Positions 13,116 through 25,916 of a stretch of DNA of 55,892 nt are shown here, one piece after another; the first letter of the stretch is position 1; each line of letters starts with the position of its first letter. The notes below the pieces were generated by a model, which saw nothing but the letters and a program-made list of their open reading frames with translations, searched no databases and had not been told where the DNA came from. Made by a program: the position numbers and the translations under genes. The stretch is from Sphaerodactylus townsendi (Eukaryota): positions 14,578,109 through 14,634,000 of the forward strand of contig NC_059439.1 in the NCBI RefSeq assembly GCF_021028975.2, read 5' to 3'.

Positions 13116-13403
13116 TCAGACGGCTTTCGTGGCAGTTAGAGGAACCGAACCCTTCCCGCTCGCCTCAGGGACGCTGGGGCAGGCTCCTGGCACAATCCAT
13201 CCCCCCACCCCGACGCAGAACACGTGGAAACTTTCGCGTTCTCCCTTTCCCTTCCTGCCCGAGTTCCAACCTTTAATTTCACTGGATTTTATGGCTAGCC
13301 TGGGTCTGTCTGTTTCCTTCTTATCTCTCCCCCCACCCTTTTGGCATGGTTTCCCCTCAGATCCCAAACAAGTTTCTCTCAGCAGCCGGAGCCTAGGCAG
13401 GTT

Positions 13404-13453
13404 TTACTCGGAAGTAAGCCCCACTCCCTTCCAGGGTGCTTACTCCCAAGTAA
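13404..13453. mobile_element. Palindromic MITE-like core in HOXB5 intron
   Basis: Inverted arms TTACTCGGAAGTAAGC / GCTTACTCCCAAGTAA, 14 of 16 complementary. Confidence 0.6.
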
Positions 13454-14565
13454 GAGAACGCAAGATGGCAGCATGAGGCTGAAAACTCTAGTCTGTACAT
13501 TTATGGATGTCGGTGGGGTCCAGGCAGAGGGACAGGCAGACAAGACAGGCAGGCGAGAGATGGTCAACATGTCCCTGCTCGCCTGCGCCTTCCCATATCC
13601 TGCAACAGCCTCTCCCCCACCCCTTGATCGCTGCCACTTCGCTCTGGGAGCAGCACAGTCCCAGAGAAATCTGTGGGGCTCGCTGTCTCCTCCGCGGGCT
13701 TCGCACCGGAGTGTTAAGCCGGTTCCCGATTCACCCCCCCCCCCCTTTCAAACTCGGCAACTCAAAACCCTGCTTTGAAATGCCTTTCATTTCTGGGTGG
13801 GGGAGGGGAAACGAACAGAGTTTGCCAGGATCTCCACACTGGCCCCCAAAGCCACTCAAATATATGTGGCATGGGAGGGGGGGGGGGATAGAGGACTGTG
13901 TAAAATAATAATGCATATATATTTAAGTAATAAAAATAATAAGCCCTCCCCTGTCTTTTCTCCACGAACTCCTGTNNNNNNNNNNNNNNNNNNNNNNNNN
14001 NNNNNNNNNNNNNNNNNNNNNNNNNNNNNNNNNNNNNNNNNNNNNNNNNNNNNNNNNNNNNNNNNNNNNNNNNNNNNNNNNNNNNNNNNNNNNNNNNNNN
14101 NNNNNNNNCCTGCTATTACTATTATTACTACTGCCACCATTACTACCATGGTCACTGTTACTATTATTACTACTACTACCTCCTATCTCTCCACTCCACC
14201 TTATCTCTATTTTTTAAGCGGAAGGATTTTTTTGGAGGGGGGGAAAACCCTCGAGTCTGGATTTCTTTCTGAGCCAAATATTTTCTATCAAAATCCTTCC
14301 ACGACACTGATGGAAAACCGGAAGGGCCGCCGCCGCCGAGAGCTCTGGAGAAAAGCTCTGGCCGGCGATTGTCTACTCTCTCCCCCCCCTTTCCCCTCCC
14401 CCCTCCCCAATCTGCCCCGCTCGCCCCTGCCTCTCCAGACCTGCGACCACAGCCACCCCCCTCCACCCAGACATGCAACTCCCAAATTAATAATACTAAT
14501 TTTGTTTAAAAGAAATCGGAAGAGGGAGAAGGAGAAGGAGAAGGCGCAGGAGGCGCGAATTGTAC

Positions 14566-15184
14566 CGTGGCTAATGTGAAGTTTCCGCATCCAGGGGAAG
14601 ATCTGCGGGCTGGGTCCCTCGGTGGTCGGCGTGGGCGCGCCCAGGGGGTCCGCCGGAGCCCTGGCCGCGTTGCCGCCGGCCTGCGAGCTGGTCTCCTCGG
14701 TTCCCGACGACGCGCCGGCCTCGTCGAGCTCGGTGAAGCCGGCGGCGGCGGCGGCGGCAGGGGCTGGGCCGGCGGAGGGCGGCTGCTCGGCGGGGGAAGA
14801 CGAGTCGGCTTTGGTGGCATGGCTGTCCCCGTTGCCCGCGCCGCCGCCGCCGTTGTTCTTGGTGCCGGAGCACGGGAGGGAGTCGGGCGAGGCGAGGGAG
14901 CAGCTGGACGCCTGCCGGAACCGGCTCTCCGGCGGCGCTTGGCTCGGGAAGGCGCGCGAGCTCTCCCCGACCGCCGCAAAGTGGCCGGCGGAGGAGGAGG
15001 CGGTCGACCGGCTGACGCTCAGATCCATCCCATTGTAGTTGTAGCCGCCGTAAGAGCCGGCGTGCATGGTGCCTGGATCCCTGTACGATCCGTTCATGGA
15101 GCTGCCGGTCCCATAATTTAGCAGCTGATAGTCGGGGGCATTAGGATAGCGTCCTGAGAAGGAGTTTACAAAGTAAGAACTCAT
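14566..15184 (-). CDS. HOXB5: Homeobox protein Hox-B5, coding exon 1
   Basis: [25 protein letters not shown]...[14 protein letters not shown]. Phase-1 donor CAC G|GTACAA. 619+248 nt = 288 aa plus stop. GC/CpG-rich. Confidence 0.96.
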
Positions 15185-15229
15185 TTGGGGTTGGGAGATT
15201 TTTTGGAGGGGCTTGATTTGTGGGGCTCG

Positions 15230-15450
15230 GGGTCGTTATAACCCCTGTGCTTGAGGATTTATGATGTATTAATGAATTATAGCGATGCACTGTACTTCGT
15301 TTTTGCTATGTATGCGGCCAAATATGGGGGTGGGGTGGGGGGTGCGTTTGGGAATCACGTGCTTTTGTTGACCAGTCGTAAATTCTCACTGATGACCTCA
15401 AGAGGCAATTCATGCTCTATGGTTACAAATAATGACGATCCGAGAATCGT
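15230..15450 (-). promoter_or_regulatory. HOXB5 proximal promoter / 5'UTR block
   Basis: E-box CACGTG (15357-15362), GTCGTAAA and TTTATGA Hox/Cdx motifs and a TGACCT half-site immediately 5' of the ATG. Confidence 0.6.
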
Positions 15451-15537
15451 TAGGCCCATGTCAATGCGCGGCTTCCAAGGGGGGGAGGGAAAGGGGGGAG
15501 GAAGCAGAAAGCCCGAAGATTACTCCTTGTTGGCGGA

Positions 15538-15571
15538 GCGCGCCACCTACTGGGCAAAGCGGGACTTAGCA
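15538..15571 (-). promoter_or_regulatory. CTCF motif between HOXB5 and HOXB6
   Basis: Minus strand TGCCCAGTAGGTGGCGCGC matches the CTCF core, preceded by TGCTAAGTCCC, which resembles the upstream module. Confidence 0.7.
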
Positions 15572-15959
15572 GGCATGGAGGTTAGCTCCCCCACCCTGTT
15601 AAAAAAATATTCAAGCGGTCTCCGTCTGTGTTCTCTGTTTTATTGAAATAAAACTTTCCTTCTTTAAAAAGTACCGTTTCAGAGTCTTTGTCCCTCTCTG
15701 TTTTCCTCTCTTTCCGTTCCTTTCTGACGAGGACATGTCTCTCACATTCAGCATCAAGCTTGCTTCAATATTCATGCCCTTCTGAGGATTATAATATTGT
15801 TATTATAACTACTAGCACTGCTAGTAATAGGACACTGATATTGTTACTACTAGTACTCGTGATAATAAATTATAATTCCGAACCCCCTGACAGGGTTGGT
15901 ATTTGAAAAGGTGCCATAGGAGAGAGACTCAATGCTGATGAAAACTGGTTTGCCAGTGC

Positions 15960-16146
15960 TTTCCTTTCCCTTTCCTTTTTCCATTCTCTTCCCTTTCGTT
16001 TCCGTTCCTTCCCTTTTCCTTCCCTTCCTTTCCTTTCCCTTCCCTTCTTCCCTCATTCTTTCCTGCTGTCTCACTGAAGACAACGTAACTTTCAAAAACA
16101 GCATAAGCCATTACTATTATTACTACTATTATTATTACTATATTAC
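15960..16146 (+). repeat. Polypyrimidine (TTTCC-like) tract followed by (TAC/TAT)n microsatellite
   Basis: Near-pure C/T at 15960-16062; trinucleotide run at 16111-16146. Confidence 0.8.
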
Positions 16147-17732
16147 AGCACCTTTATTGTGTACACATCAGAAAGTAAAGAATAAATCCCCTTAAAAACT
16201 CAACGCTGGGTAGATTCACTCGCAATGGGAGAAATTGAGTGTGGGCAATTTTCTTTTGGGATGATTGGTGCAAGGAAAGGTGTATCCCTCCTTCATGCAA
16301 ATAAACCTTGGGTAAGCAGCGGTTCCTTGAAAAAATGGGGACATGTTGATTCAAACCCTTTGCAGTTCTGCATTTGAGATGTAGCTCCCACCCCCACCTC
16401 GTCTTCTCACAAAATAGTTCAAGAATTTCCAAAATCCTGTATGCAACTCATTGGAAATGTTACGAGTCCATATTGAACCTGGTATAGCTATAATAATTAG
16501 GCATAATGAAAATAAAAGCAACAACTGATTTTAAAAGTGACTGTCCCTGAAGTAGAAGAGAGCGGGATACATTGCTACCTGTGTACTTGGGCCAGTTCAA
16601 GCCAAAGACCAACTCATTCCTTCAAGATCCCACCTATTCTACTGCCATTAAAAACACATTTAAGGGAATTTGGGTTGAAATAGTAGGTCAGAATTACTTG
16701 CAGGCAGCTGACCCCCACAGAGGAGCACACAAGGACAACTGCCACCAAGTTCTATCATTTTGAAGCAGGCTGAAAATGATATTGTCATTGTTAGAAGAGT
16801 CCTCTGGAAAATGTTCTTTGTCCAGACATCCAGACATGAAAAGCAGAGGAANNNNNNNNNNNNNNNNNNNNNNNNNNNNNNNNNNNNNNNNNNNNNNNNN
16901 NNNNNNNNNNNNNNNNNNNNNNNNNNNNNNNNNNNNNNNNNNNNNNNNNNNNNNNNNNNNNNNNNNNNNNNNNNNNNNNNNNNNNNNNNNNNNNNNNNNN
17001 NNNNNNNNNNNNNNNNNNNNNNNNNNNNNNNNNNNNNNNNNNNNNNNNNNNNNNNNNNNNNNNNNNNNNNNNNTTTGAATGGTTGTACATTTTAAAATTT
17101 CTATTTAAAAGAGTAAAGAGTCTAGCTCTTTTTAAACTGTCCATTTTTTTCCTTGCTGGAATAACCTTTCAGTTTCCTACTCTGAAAGGATGTATAGGTA
17201 GTGGCTCACTTTTTAAATTAATTGTGGGTGGGGGTTGAGGGAGAAGGAAATCAGAGGAAGGGGAGTCAAGTGTTTGAAATAGGCTAAACAAATGTTTGAT
17301 ATCTTTTAGCAGATGTATGGCGGTGAGGGGGCACGTCGTTTTGCCTGTTTCTTTTGATTTATTACAGATGTGGGGCTCCCCCCTCCCCTTCATAACTCTT
17401 TTGTGCTGCAACAATAAAAAAAAGAGATCCCTATTAAAGTTAAATGTCACTCCTTGAGATACTTCTGGTGAAAAGGTCTTTCATTTAAGGTTAGGCTTAA
17501 CTGGAGGAGAATCAGATTTATCTCGCCTCTTAACTTCTGTAGAGCTGAAGGAACTACTTGTCTGTTCAGGTTGGGAGAAGAACTTCTAGCAGGGATTCTC
17601 TCTCTCTTTAAAAATCAGGAATACAATTGTTGCAGGTTGAATATGTCAGCAGAAGTGGGGGAGGGGAAAGGAAAACACATCCCAAAAATACGACCGTGGC
17701 CAGTGTTATTCTCAACAAGTCGGTTTGCTTTT

Positions 17733-17738
17733 TTTATT
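17733..17738 (-). terminator. Probable HOXB6 polyadenylation signal
   Basis: AATAAA on the minus strand ~800 nt after the stop; further hexamers near 17965. Confidence 0.55.
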
Positions 17739-18253
17739 AGAGGATTTTTTTAAATCTTCATAGCTAACACAAACTACAAACACAACACGTACAATAAAAT
17801 GTAATAAAATAAAACCAACAAATGAACAGGGGGAAAAAAATCCTCTTGGTATGATTTCACCGTCCTGGTTCAGGTAGCAACTGTCCCTTTTCCGTAGATT
17901 TTTTTTAAAAAAAATATCTTCCATGGTGAAAAACCGAGGAGTTGATTAACTTAACCAAGTCCATTTTATTTATTTTTTTAAAAGCAACATAGAAGTAAAA
18001 TCGTGTGTGACACTTTTGTGGGCTTTTTTGTTTGTTTGTTGTTTGTTTGTTTGTTTTTGTACAAAATGAAGACAACCGACACCCCCAAATCTGATACATA
18101 TATTGCAGCACTTCCATTTAAATACAAGAGTTAGCATGAATCCCAGGGAGGAAAGTGAATGTTAAAAGAGGGGAAGATCCATTGGTTGGGGGGGGGGGAG
18201 GGGACCAATAACAAGGGCCGAAAAACAAACGGACTAGAAGCTTGGTTAGCAGT

Positions 18254-18333
18254 GCAATCCTATGAACAGTTACTCCAGCCTGAGCCCATTGAAATGAAAA
18301 GACTTACACTGGAGTAACCCTCTTTAGGATTGC
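18254..18333. mobile_element. 80-bp fold-back MITE-like element in HOXB6 3'UTR
   Basis: GCAATCCTA-N6-GTTACTCCAG ... CTGGAGTAAC-N6-TAGGATTGC: perfect paired blocks in register. Confidence 0.75.
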
Positions 18334-18543
18334 TTTGTAGGACGGGCAGATGCGCCAGGCTGCGCAAAGGGTAGGTGGGCAGACACCTCCATAAAGTCTC
18401 GGATATTTTACCCCCAAAAAGTGTGCCTTCCTCCCTGCCTTTGGACCCCACGGAAACGGTTGGCGTTCCTCTTCTTTCTTTTCCTTCTCCCTTCATTCTT
18501 CGTCCCTCCCCCTCCCCGCTTTCCCTCCCCTTCCTCTTCTGCC

Positions 18544-18918
<375 letters not shown>

Positions 18919-19346
18919 TCAACTTTTTCTTCTGTCCTTGCAACGCTTCCCCAACCTGCAAACCCAAGGAGCCAATACCCACTGCCTTCTGTGTCCTTTG
19001 GAAACCAGGCGTTAGCAAAGTACATCCCTGTCGCTTGATTCCGGTGGCAGCTCTGGACCAAGTCCGCCCCAAACATCGTCCTGGGCTAAATAAGGGAACT
19101 CAGGTGGTCAGGCATCAACTTATTCCAACTCTCAATTCAAAGGGGGATGTTAAATCCTGCCCGTGCAAAAACCCCTTGCTAGACGGAGTCTCGACTCGCT
19201 GAAGAAGTGTTCTGTATTTCTCGAAAGCTTGCTATCTCTGTTGTTTTTCTATAGGCAGTTTATGGGAAGGGATCCCTCAATAGCTTTCCTACCTCCCCTT
19301 GCCTAGGATTGCAAGGCCTCACTGACTGGAGTCTGTGGGACTCCAA

Positions 19347-19440
19347 AGCTGCACCCTGATGCACGTTTACTCGGGAGTAGGCCCCCCTGGACACAGTGAG
19401 ATTTACTTCTCGGGTGAAGATGGTTCGAATCCAACTGCCT
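19347..19440. mobile_element. Degenerate palindromic element in HOXB6 intron
   Basis: gctgcaccctgatgcacgtttactcgggagtaggcccc...gatttacttctcgggtgaa; same family as 13404. Confidence 0.5.
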
Positions 19441-20886
19441 AAGTCCTGCCCTAAAGTCCCTCCAACAGGACTTATGCCATGTAAATGAGTTTTAACATGG
19501 AGGTGACACCGGAGTCTAATGGCGCATAGGAGACCGATGGGGACTTTGCTTCCAAACTGTTGTGCCTTTTAGGTTCTGAGCGAAAAGTTGGGAGGACTTT
19601 GCCCGGAGAGAATCGCTACGCCTTTCCTCACTTTCCCCCTGCCTCGTTTTACATTCCCATCCGAACAGAACTGACGTCCGAATATATTAATTGCCTTTAC
19701 CTTCAGTTCCGCTTCACTCTTTGCAGCCATCGCTGACCCTCCCCCTTTTCTGTTATGGGAAACTCACCGGAAACAAGAGCCCCTCTTTCTGTTGCTGCCC
19801 CCCTCACTTCTTATCGCTAACTGTAATAAATTCCAGCGTGAGAGGAGCGAAGGACATCTGGTCTCCCCTCCCTTTCGGCCCCCAACCCAGTGGGCAACAT
19901 TTGGGTTTGGTGTTTTTTTCCCCCAATTCCAGAAACAAGAAGTCCGAATGCAGAGTTTAAAGGAAAGGGATAAGCTGCCAGTTCTTCGATTTTAACCCAA
20001 ACCCACCCCACTCCCCAACTATTTTTACAGGGAATAGGGCTGTTGGAGTTTACAGGAGTGGGGAGGGGGCAGGATGAATGAGTGAGTGAGCCAGCGAAAG
20101 AGAAACTATCCGCAACTCCTGTACAGACAGGCATTTCATTATGCGTGAGTTTCATTAAAAATGTAGCTCTCTCCTTTCAAATATTTAAGGCCTTCTGGCA
20201 TTATTCACCCTGCTGGGGTTGTAGGACGCCTTCCCCGGGCTGCGAACTAGCATCTGGGTAGACGTGTGGGGGGAATGGAGAAGGGGTAATCCAGATCCAT
20301 TAAAATCAATCCTGGGTGGCTTTCGAGTGATGCGGATTGCCTCGTCTATGCGTGTGTGCCTGTGTGTGTGTGTAAGTACATCAGCCACGTCTCTAAATCA
20401 CTCCGAGTGAATGACAGCCAACAGTGAGTTTACAAGACAGCGCCGGTCAATCAATAATCGCTGCGCCTTCTTTCGAGAGGCACAAAGTTGGCTGAAGAAA
20501 CAGACAAACGGGGCGAAAAGGAGCCTGTGGAAGAATGTTTTTTTTTTTTAATGGGAAAGGAGCGCGTCCCTTCTGAGAAGCCGGCTCTAGAAGTCGTGGA
20601 AAACTTTGCAAAAAGTTTTCTTTTTTTCTCCCCCTGGTTGCTCTGAGTGGAAGCTGAGTTTGCAAGGGTCCCCTTCAGAANNNNNNNNNNNNNNNNNNNN
20701 NNNNNNNNNNNNNNNNNNNNNNNNNNNNNNNNNNNNNNNNNNNNNNNNNNNNNNNNNNNNNNNNNNNNNNNNNNNNNNNNNNNNNNNNNNNNNNNNNNNN
20801 NNNNNNNNNNNNNNNNNNNNNNNNNNNNNNNNNNNNNNNNNNNNNNNNNNNNNNNNNNNNNNNNNNNNNNNNNNNNNNNNNNNNNN

Positions 20887-21307
20887 TGTTGCAAGAATTC
20901 ATCCTTTGCATCCAGGGATATACGGGCGTAGAACACTTCTGGTCCTCGCTGTCCCCAAAAACGTGCTTGCTCTGAGAACAGTCTGACTTCCGGGCTTGCT
21001 CCTGGCCGAACTGAACAGGGTCCTCTAAACTGGCAAGGGAGCAGGCTGTCTCTTTCTCCCTATAAAAACCAGATGTCCCGTAATCGCAGGCAGGGCTCCG
21101 GCTGTAAGCTCCGTTGGCTTGCTGGTAGTAAGGCGCGCCCGGGTAACCCTTCTCCGGGACTCCGCCACCCCCAGTGCCGTAAGTGGAGGGGTAGTGTCTT
21201 AAAGGGTCCGCATAGCCCGTGGAGTATAAGGGGAGTTGTCCGAGAAACGGTTCTTGACCTCCGGCTAGGCTCACCGGAAAAGTAGAGTTGACGAAATAGG
21301 AACTCAT
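20887..21307 (-). CDS. HOXB6: Homeobox protein Hox-B6, coding exon 1
   Basis: [19 protein letters not shown]...STPVYPWMQRMNSCN. The exon ends AAC A (phase 1) exactly at the N-gap 20681-20886, so the GT donor is not visible. 421+260 nt = 226 aa plus stop. Confidence 0.94.
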
Positions 21308-21419
21308 TGGAAATAACAATGCTGCTAATAATGCTAATAATAATAATAATTAAATAAATAAATAATAACAACAACAATGACAACAACCAACCAACTAACG
21401 GAGCAACCGCGGCTGGTCT

Positions 21420-21580
21420 TTCCCGGGGTCTTTATGATTTGTTGCGTTTTAAAGTCCAAGCGGTTTAGCTATTAGCGGTATATGGGAGATTGGGTTTTAG
21501 CTGAAGGGGGATGGCCGCGTGCCAACCAGGGACATAAGGAAAGAGAACCATCTGATCACGCGCTGACCAATCGCAGGAGC
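21420..21580 (-). promoter_or_regulatory. HOXB6 proximal promoter
   Basis: TTTATGA, YY1-like GATGGC and a CCAAT box (gaccaatc) 120-270 bp upstream of the ATG. Confidence 0.5.
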
Positions 21581-22034
21581 GGAAGACGGCGGAATCGCAC
21601 CCTAGAGGGGGCTCGCTTTGCACAGGGGACCCCCCTAGAACAAACCAGCGAAAGCATCTCTGCCACCAACACCATCACTTTTAAACAACAGAAAAGCGCG
21701 CCCCCCTCCCCGCCCCACATACACAAATAGATCCCCTCCCCCCCACTCCCGCCCCCTCCTTAAGCACATACAAATTATCTGCGAAAACGTCCATCCGCCA
21801 ACACAGTTCGGAGTTCGCTTTTGGTATGTTGCGTCTGTGTGTTTTTCTTTAAATAAATGCGTAAAAGAGGGAGACCCCAAATGAAAAGCAAGAAACAAAA
21901 CAAACGACATCAGACCTACTCAACTGAGGTTGTGGACGTGGGGGGAGAGGGGGGGAGACACAGAGATTTTTTGTTCTCCTCTGGAAAAGTTTGGAGCACG
22001 GTGGGGGATTGGGAGACCAGGCAGGCATGGTTGG

Positions 22035-22036
<2 letters not shown>

Positions 22037-22077
<41 letters not shown>
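22037..22077 (+). repeat. (CT)n microsatellite
   Basis: About 20 CT units. Confidence 0.95.
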
Positions 22078-22080
<3 letters not shown>

Positions 22081-25000
22081 GCACTGGATTTTGGAAGAGG
22101 TGGAGGTGTAAGGAAGGAGAGCGAGAAGGCAGTATTGACTGACAGGGGATCTGTTCCGAGCAGAAGAAGGGGAAAACTCTCCCTGCAGGCGGCGGGGAGA
22201 GCTTGACCTTTCCTGAGTGCGTGCGAATGCGTGGAGTCCTGCTCAAAAACATGTTTTTAAGGAGAGGGAAGCAACTTAAAAAAAAACAGCCTGGAAAGAC
22301 CTCCTTGAATGCATTCCTTCCTGAGGACAGACGGATGAATCCGTTTTGGCCACACGTCTGCCCTGGCCCAAGCTTCCCATCCCCCTGTTCCTAAAAGCCC
22401 CCGGCGGCGTGTGTGTGCACGAATCGCACGGGCGTGTTCACAAGGCCCGCCTAATGCGATTCTCCGCTCCACATTTCTCCGGGATCCTGTGCTAAAGTCT
22501 GCAAGACGAATGGGTGGGAACGGGAGGCTCAGCTCGGACGGGGTCTTCCAAGAACGGTGCCCTCTTGCGTTTTTACGGTTAAGGCCAGGTTTTTGGACAA
22601 CGTAGAGTTAAGGGCGCCGGTTGGCCTGACGGCCCAGAATACTCCGTATCGATCCCCACAGCATCGGGAGAGAGAGGGAAAAAACGTTTCAGGCTGCAAG
22701 GAACGGTCATCTGGAAGATGGTGCCCGTGTTGCCGAGAGGAGGCGAACTCTCCACATTGCGCTGTGGAGCAAGGCAGGAAAAGTCGTCTCTCTCTCCCCT
22801 CGGTGCCTTCAAAGGGGGGGTGGGGGGGCTGTTTCTCTTTTTCAACCCTGGAATGGACTGAACACAGGAGGAAAAGCAACTCCCCGGGAATGCCGCCTCT
22901 TCCTGCCCCTCTAGAAACAGGATGAAATGAATGGACAGGGCGAATCGCCACCCAAAGGCAGAAGTTCGAGCGCACGGTCCGCCTGCCGGCCTCCCCTTTC
23001 TAGTGTGTCCCTCAAAGGCAGGGGAAGGCGATAATTCACTTTCTTCCCCACTTCCTCCAGATCCACACAATCGAGGTGGACAATTCCAGGCTCATTTCAG
23101 CCCTCTCAGCCACCGCGTTTGGGTTGTGACCAAGCGCACCACGAGAGACCTTGGAGAGAATCCGTCTTTGACAATGAAAGCGTTTCAACCTGGGCTTTTC
23201 AAACGTGCCTTTCTCTGTCCGTCCGTCTATCTCTCTCTATTTCCGCCCTGGTCCGGCCCAAAGAGTTTTGCAGCCTTACTTCTGTCCAACTTCTAAGTGT
23301 CCCAAACCGGCCTCAGGCGCGCCTGAACGATGCAAACAGGAGATACCTCTGCAATCTATCCGAATTTGCAATCGGCAGAAATCATAGAACAAACGGAGAA
23401 CCCAAACCAAGCCACGTAGCAGTCGCCCGCTCTCTTCCAGGCGCTCCTGGGACTCGCCACACATGCACAATTACTCCCAGGTCGGATTTACACGGCTATA
23501 TGATCCGCATAGAATAACCCGTGCGAATTTTCCCTACAAGGGCTTGCGGTTTCATTCGTTATAAGCCTGCTCTCCAATGGCAAGGAAGCCCACACCGTTT
23601 TATCACTACCCCGGACATTATTCTTAAAATGGAAGGAAATAACAGGCAAAGGAAATGGGTTGGGGAGGGGGGACACCGGCTCACTCACCTCCCGCTTTCT
23701 GGCTTCTGTTATGTCGGTTCCTGAAAGTCTCTCCCAACCCCCCCAACCCCCACATCAAAACTTTAAATAGATGTGCTTTATTGGTGTGGGAAAACAAAAG
23801 GATTTGGAGGGAGGGTTGGGGGAAAAGGTGAACTGAACTCGAAAATACTTTGAGGTATCTGAAAACAGACCAATTCTTCAGCGTTTGGCATCAGGCACGC
23901 CAGAATTGAGAATATCTGGATTAAGCGTTGTAAGAGTCAATGCTTAATACTGAGACGAGACGAGTGAGTAAATTAGCTCCTTGCCTTTATCCGTTGAAAT
24001 GCTACTTTTAAGAAGTGTCCTTCTAAATCTCTCTCTCTCTCTCTTTCAAAATCTGTGAATGAGAGTATGCTGGGGCAGATATGATGAGAAATTTATATAG
24101 ACTGATTCTTTTTTTTTACACTCCTATTTATGATGAAAGTAACTTCAGGGGTTGAAGCCGTTTGGATGATCTCGATTTTTATTTCTTTCTCAAAAATATT
24201 TGGGGGGGGGGGTGAAACCAGGACAAAATGAAATTCTCTTACTAATGAATAGTCGTCCATAGTTATAATTATTATATGAGATTGTCCACAAGCAAATATT
24301 TTCAAATATTTGAAGAGAAATTGATAAGATGAATAGGATAATTAACTGAGATAATTTCTAATTTTTATTTAGGATCTTGGGGACTTCTGAAACAAACTCA
24401 CTCATTCGACTGTTTGGGTGTGTTTTTCTCTCTGTAGAATGCCACTAAAGTATTGTTTTCAGGAAAATTATTACTATTATTAACCGACAGTAGTGCCACA
24501 ATAAGATTGAAATTCTGTCCCTTGGTCCCTTAACTGCTTTCCTTTTATTCTGGGCCTCCAGTTCAAAATGTTATTCTTTGGAAACAACTCCAAGAAAAGG
24601 CTAACAGGAAAAAGAAGCTCACCCTCTTGTTGCATGGAGCACATCTACGTCCCTTTCATTGGCCCAGGGAAATCCATCTATGGGACATAACTCAAACAGC
24701 AGAAGAGAAATTAATATTAAAGGGGCCTATTGACAACCACCTATAGCTGACAAGGTGTCCTGGGTTTCTGCTGTCTCTACCACCCCTTCCTCTCCGACCT
24801 GTTCTGCTTAAAAAAAGAAGAAGGAAAGATTGGAAAAGGTGGGAAGGCAGCTAAATGGGGAGGATGGAAAATAACACTTTATTTTCTTTCTTGTGCTAAG
24901 GGGGCCAGATAACTTCCTCGTGGGGAGATTTAAACTTCAGGAAAAGTCTGCGAGAGGGGNNNNNNNNNNNNNNNNNNNNNNNNNNNNNNNNNNNNNNNNN

Positions 25001-25913
25001 NNNNNNNNNNNNNNNNNNNNNNNNNNNNNNNNNNNNNNNNNNNNNNNNNNNNNNNNNNNNNNNNNNNNNNNNNNNNNNNNNNNNNNNACAAAAAATCTTG
25101 AGAAGTGTGAAAAACCAGCAGGCCTCATTGGCAGAAAAAAGACTTATACTGGTACCATAAAATAAGGTTGACCCTTCCACCCACACACCCACACAGAGAG
25201 AGAGTTGAATAGCTTTATGACTTTATTTGGGATCATAAAGGTCTTCCCAGGGGTTTCCTTTGTCATATAGGTACCCCCCCCCAAAAAAAAAAACCCAGGC
25301 CCAAAAAACCCTGATTCCCTGGACTGTTGGCTGGTATAAGACATGAACAAACATATCCATGCTCCCCCTCCTTCCAAGCACATAACAATTGGAAACTTAA
25401 TTTCCAGTCATTTATGTTTAATTTACCTTACTTCCTCTGCAGGGTCTAATAATCTCATTAATGGGCTCATGCAAGACCCCCAAAAGGGGGGGGGGGAGGT
25501 GAAGAAACCACTCTTCCTTCTTTTCTCCAAAGGGTTTAGCTAATAATTAGCAAAAAGGGGAAATGGCCATTTGTGTGGAAGTTTGCACGGATGTGTGTTT
25601 GTGTGGGGAAGGCCTCCATTTTGTTCCATGTCTCCGACCAAAGAGAAGGGAAGGGAAGGGGGGGATTCTAAAGGCGAGAATATAAGGAGAGAACAAACCG
25701 GAGCCACATCCTTAAAGAAGAATCAGTTGCTTGCAATCCAGTAGGAAGTTCTCTGGCTGAAGCCCCATTCCTTTGAAAGGCCGCTTGCGCAGGAGAAGGT
25801 CCAAAAGGATTGCTGCCCTATATAATGATGTGGTAGGGGAGCTACAGAGAGGATCTTAGGAGAGGTAAGAGATTCCTCCAGTGCCTCCTGCTTTCGTGTA
25901 ACGGAAATGTGTC

Positions 25914-25916
<3 letters not shown>

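Noticed and set aside
14288-14565. ORF-track continuation of HOXB5 exon 1 into the intron (likewise HOXB7 and HOXB8)
   Set aside because: Read-through past phase-1 GT donors; low-complexity and not Hox-like.
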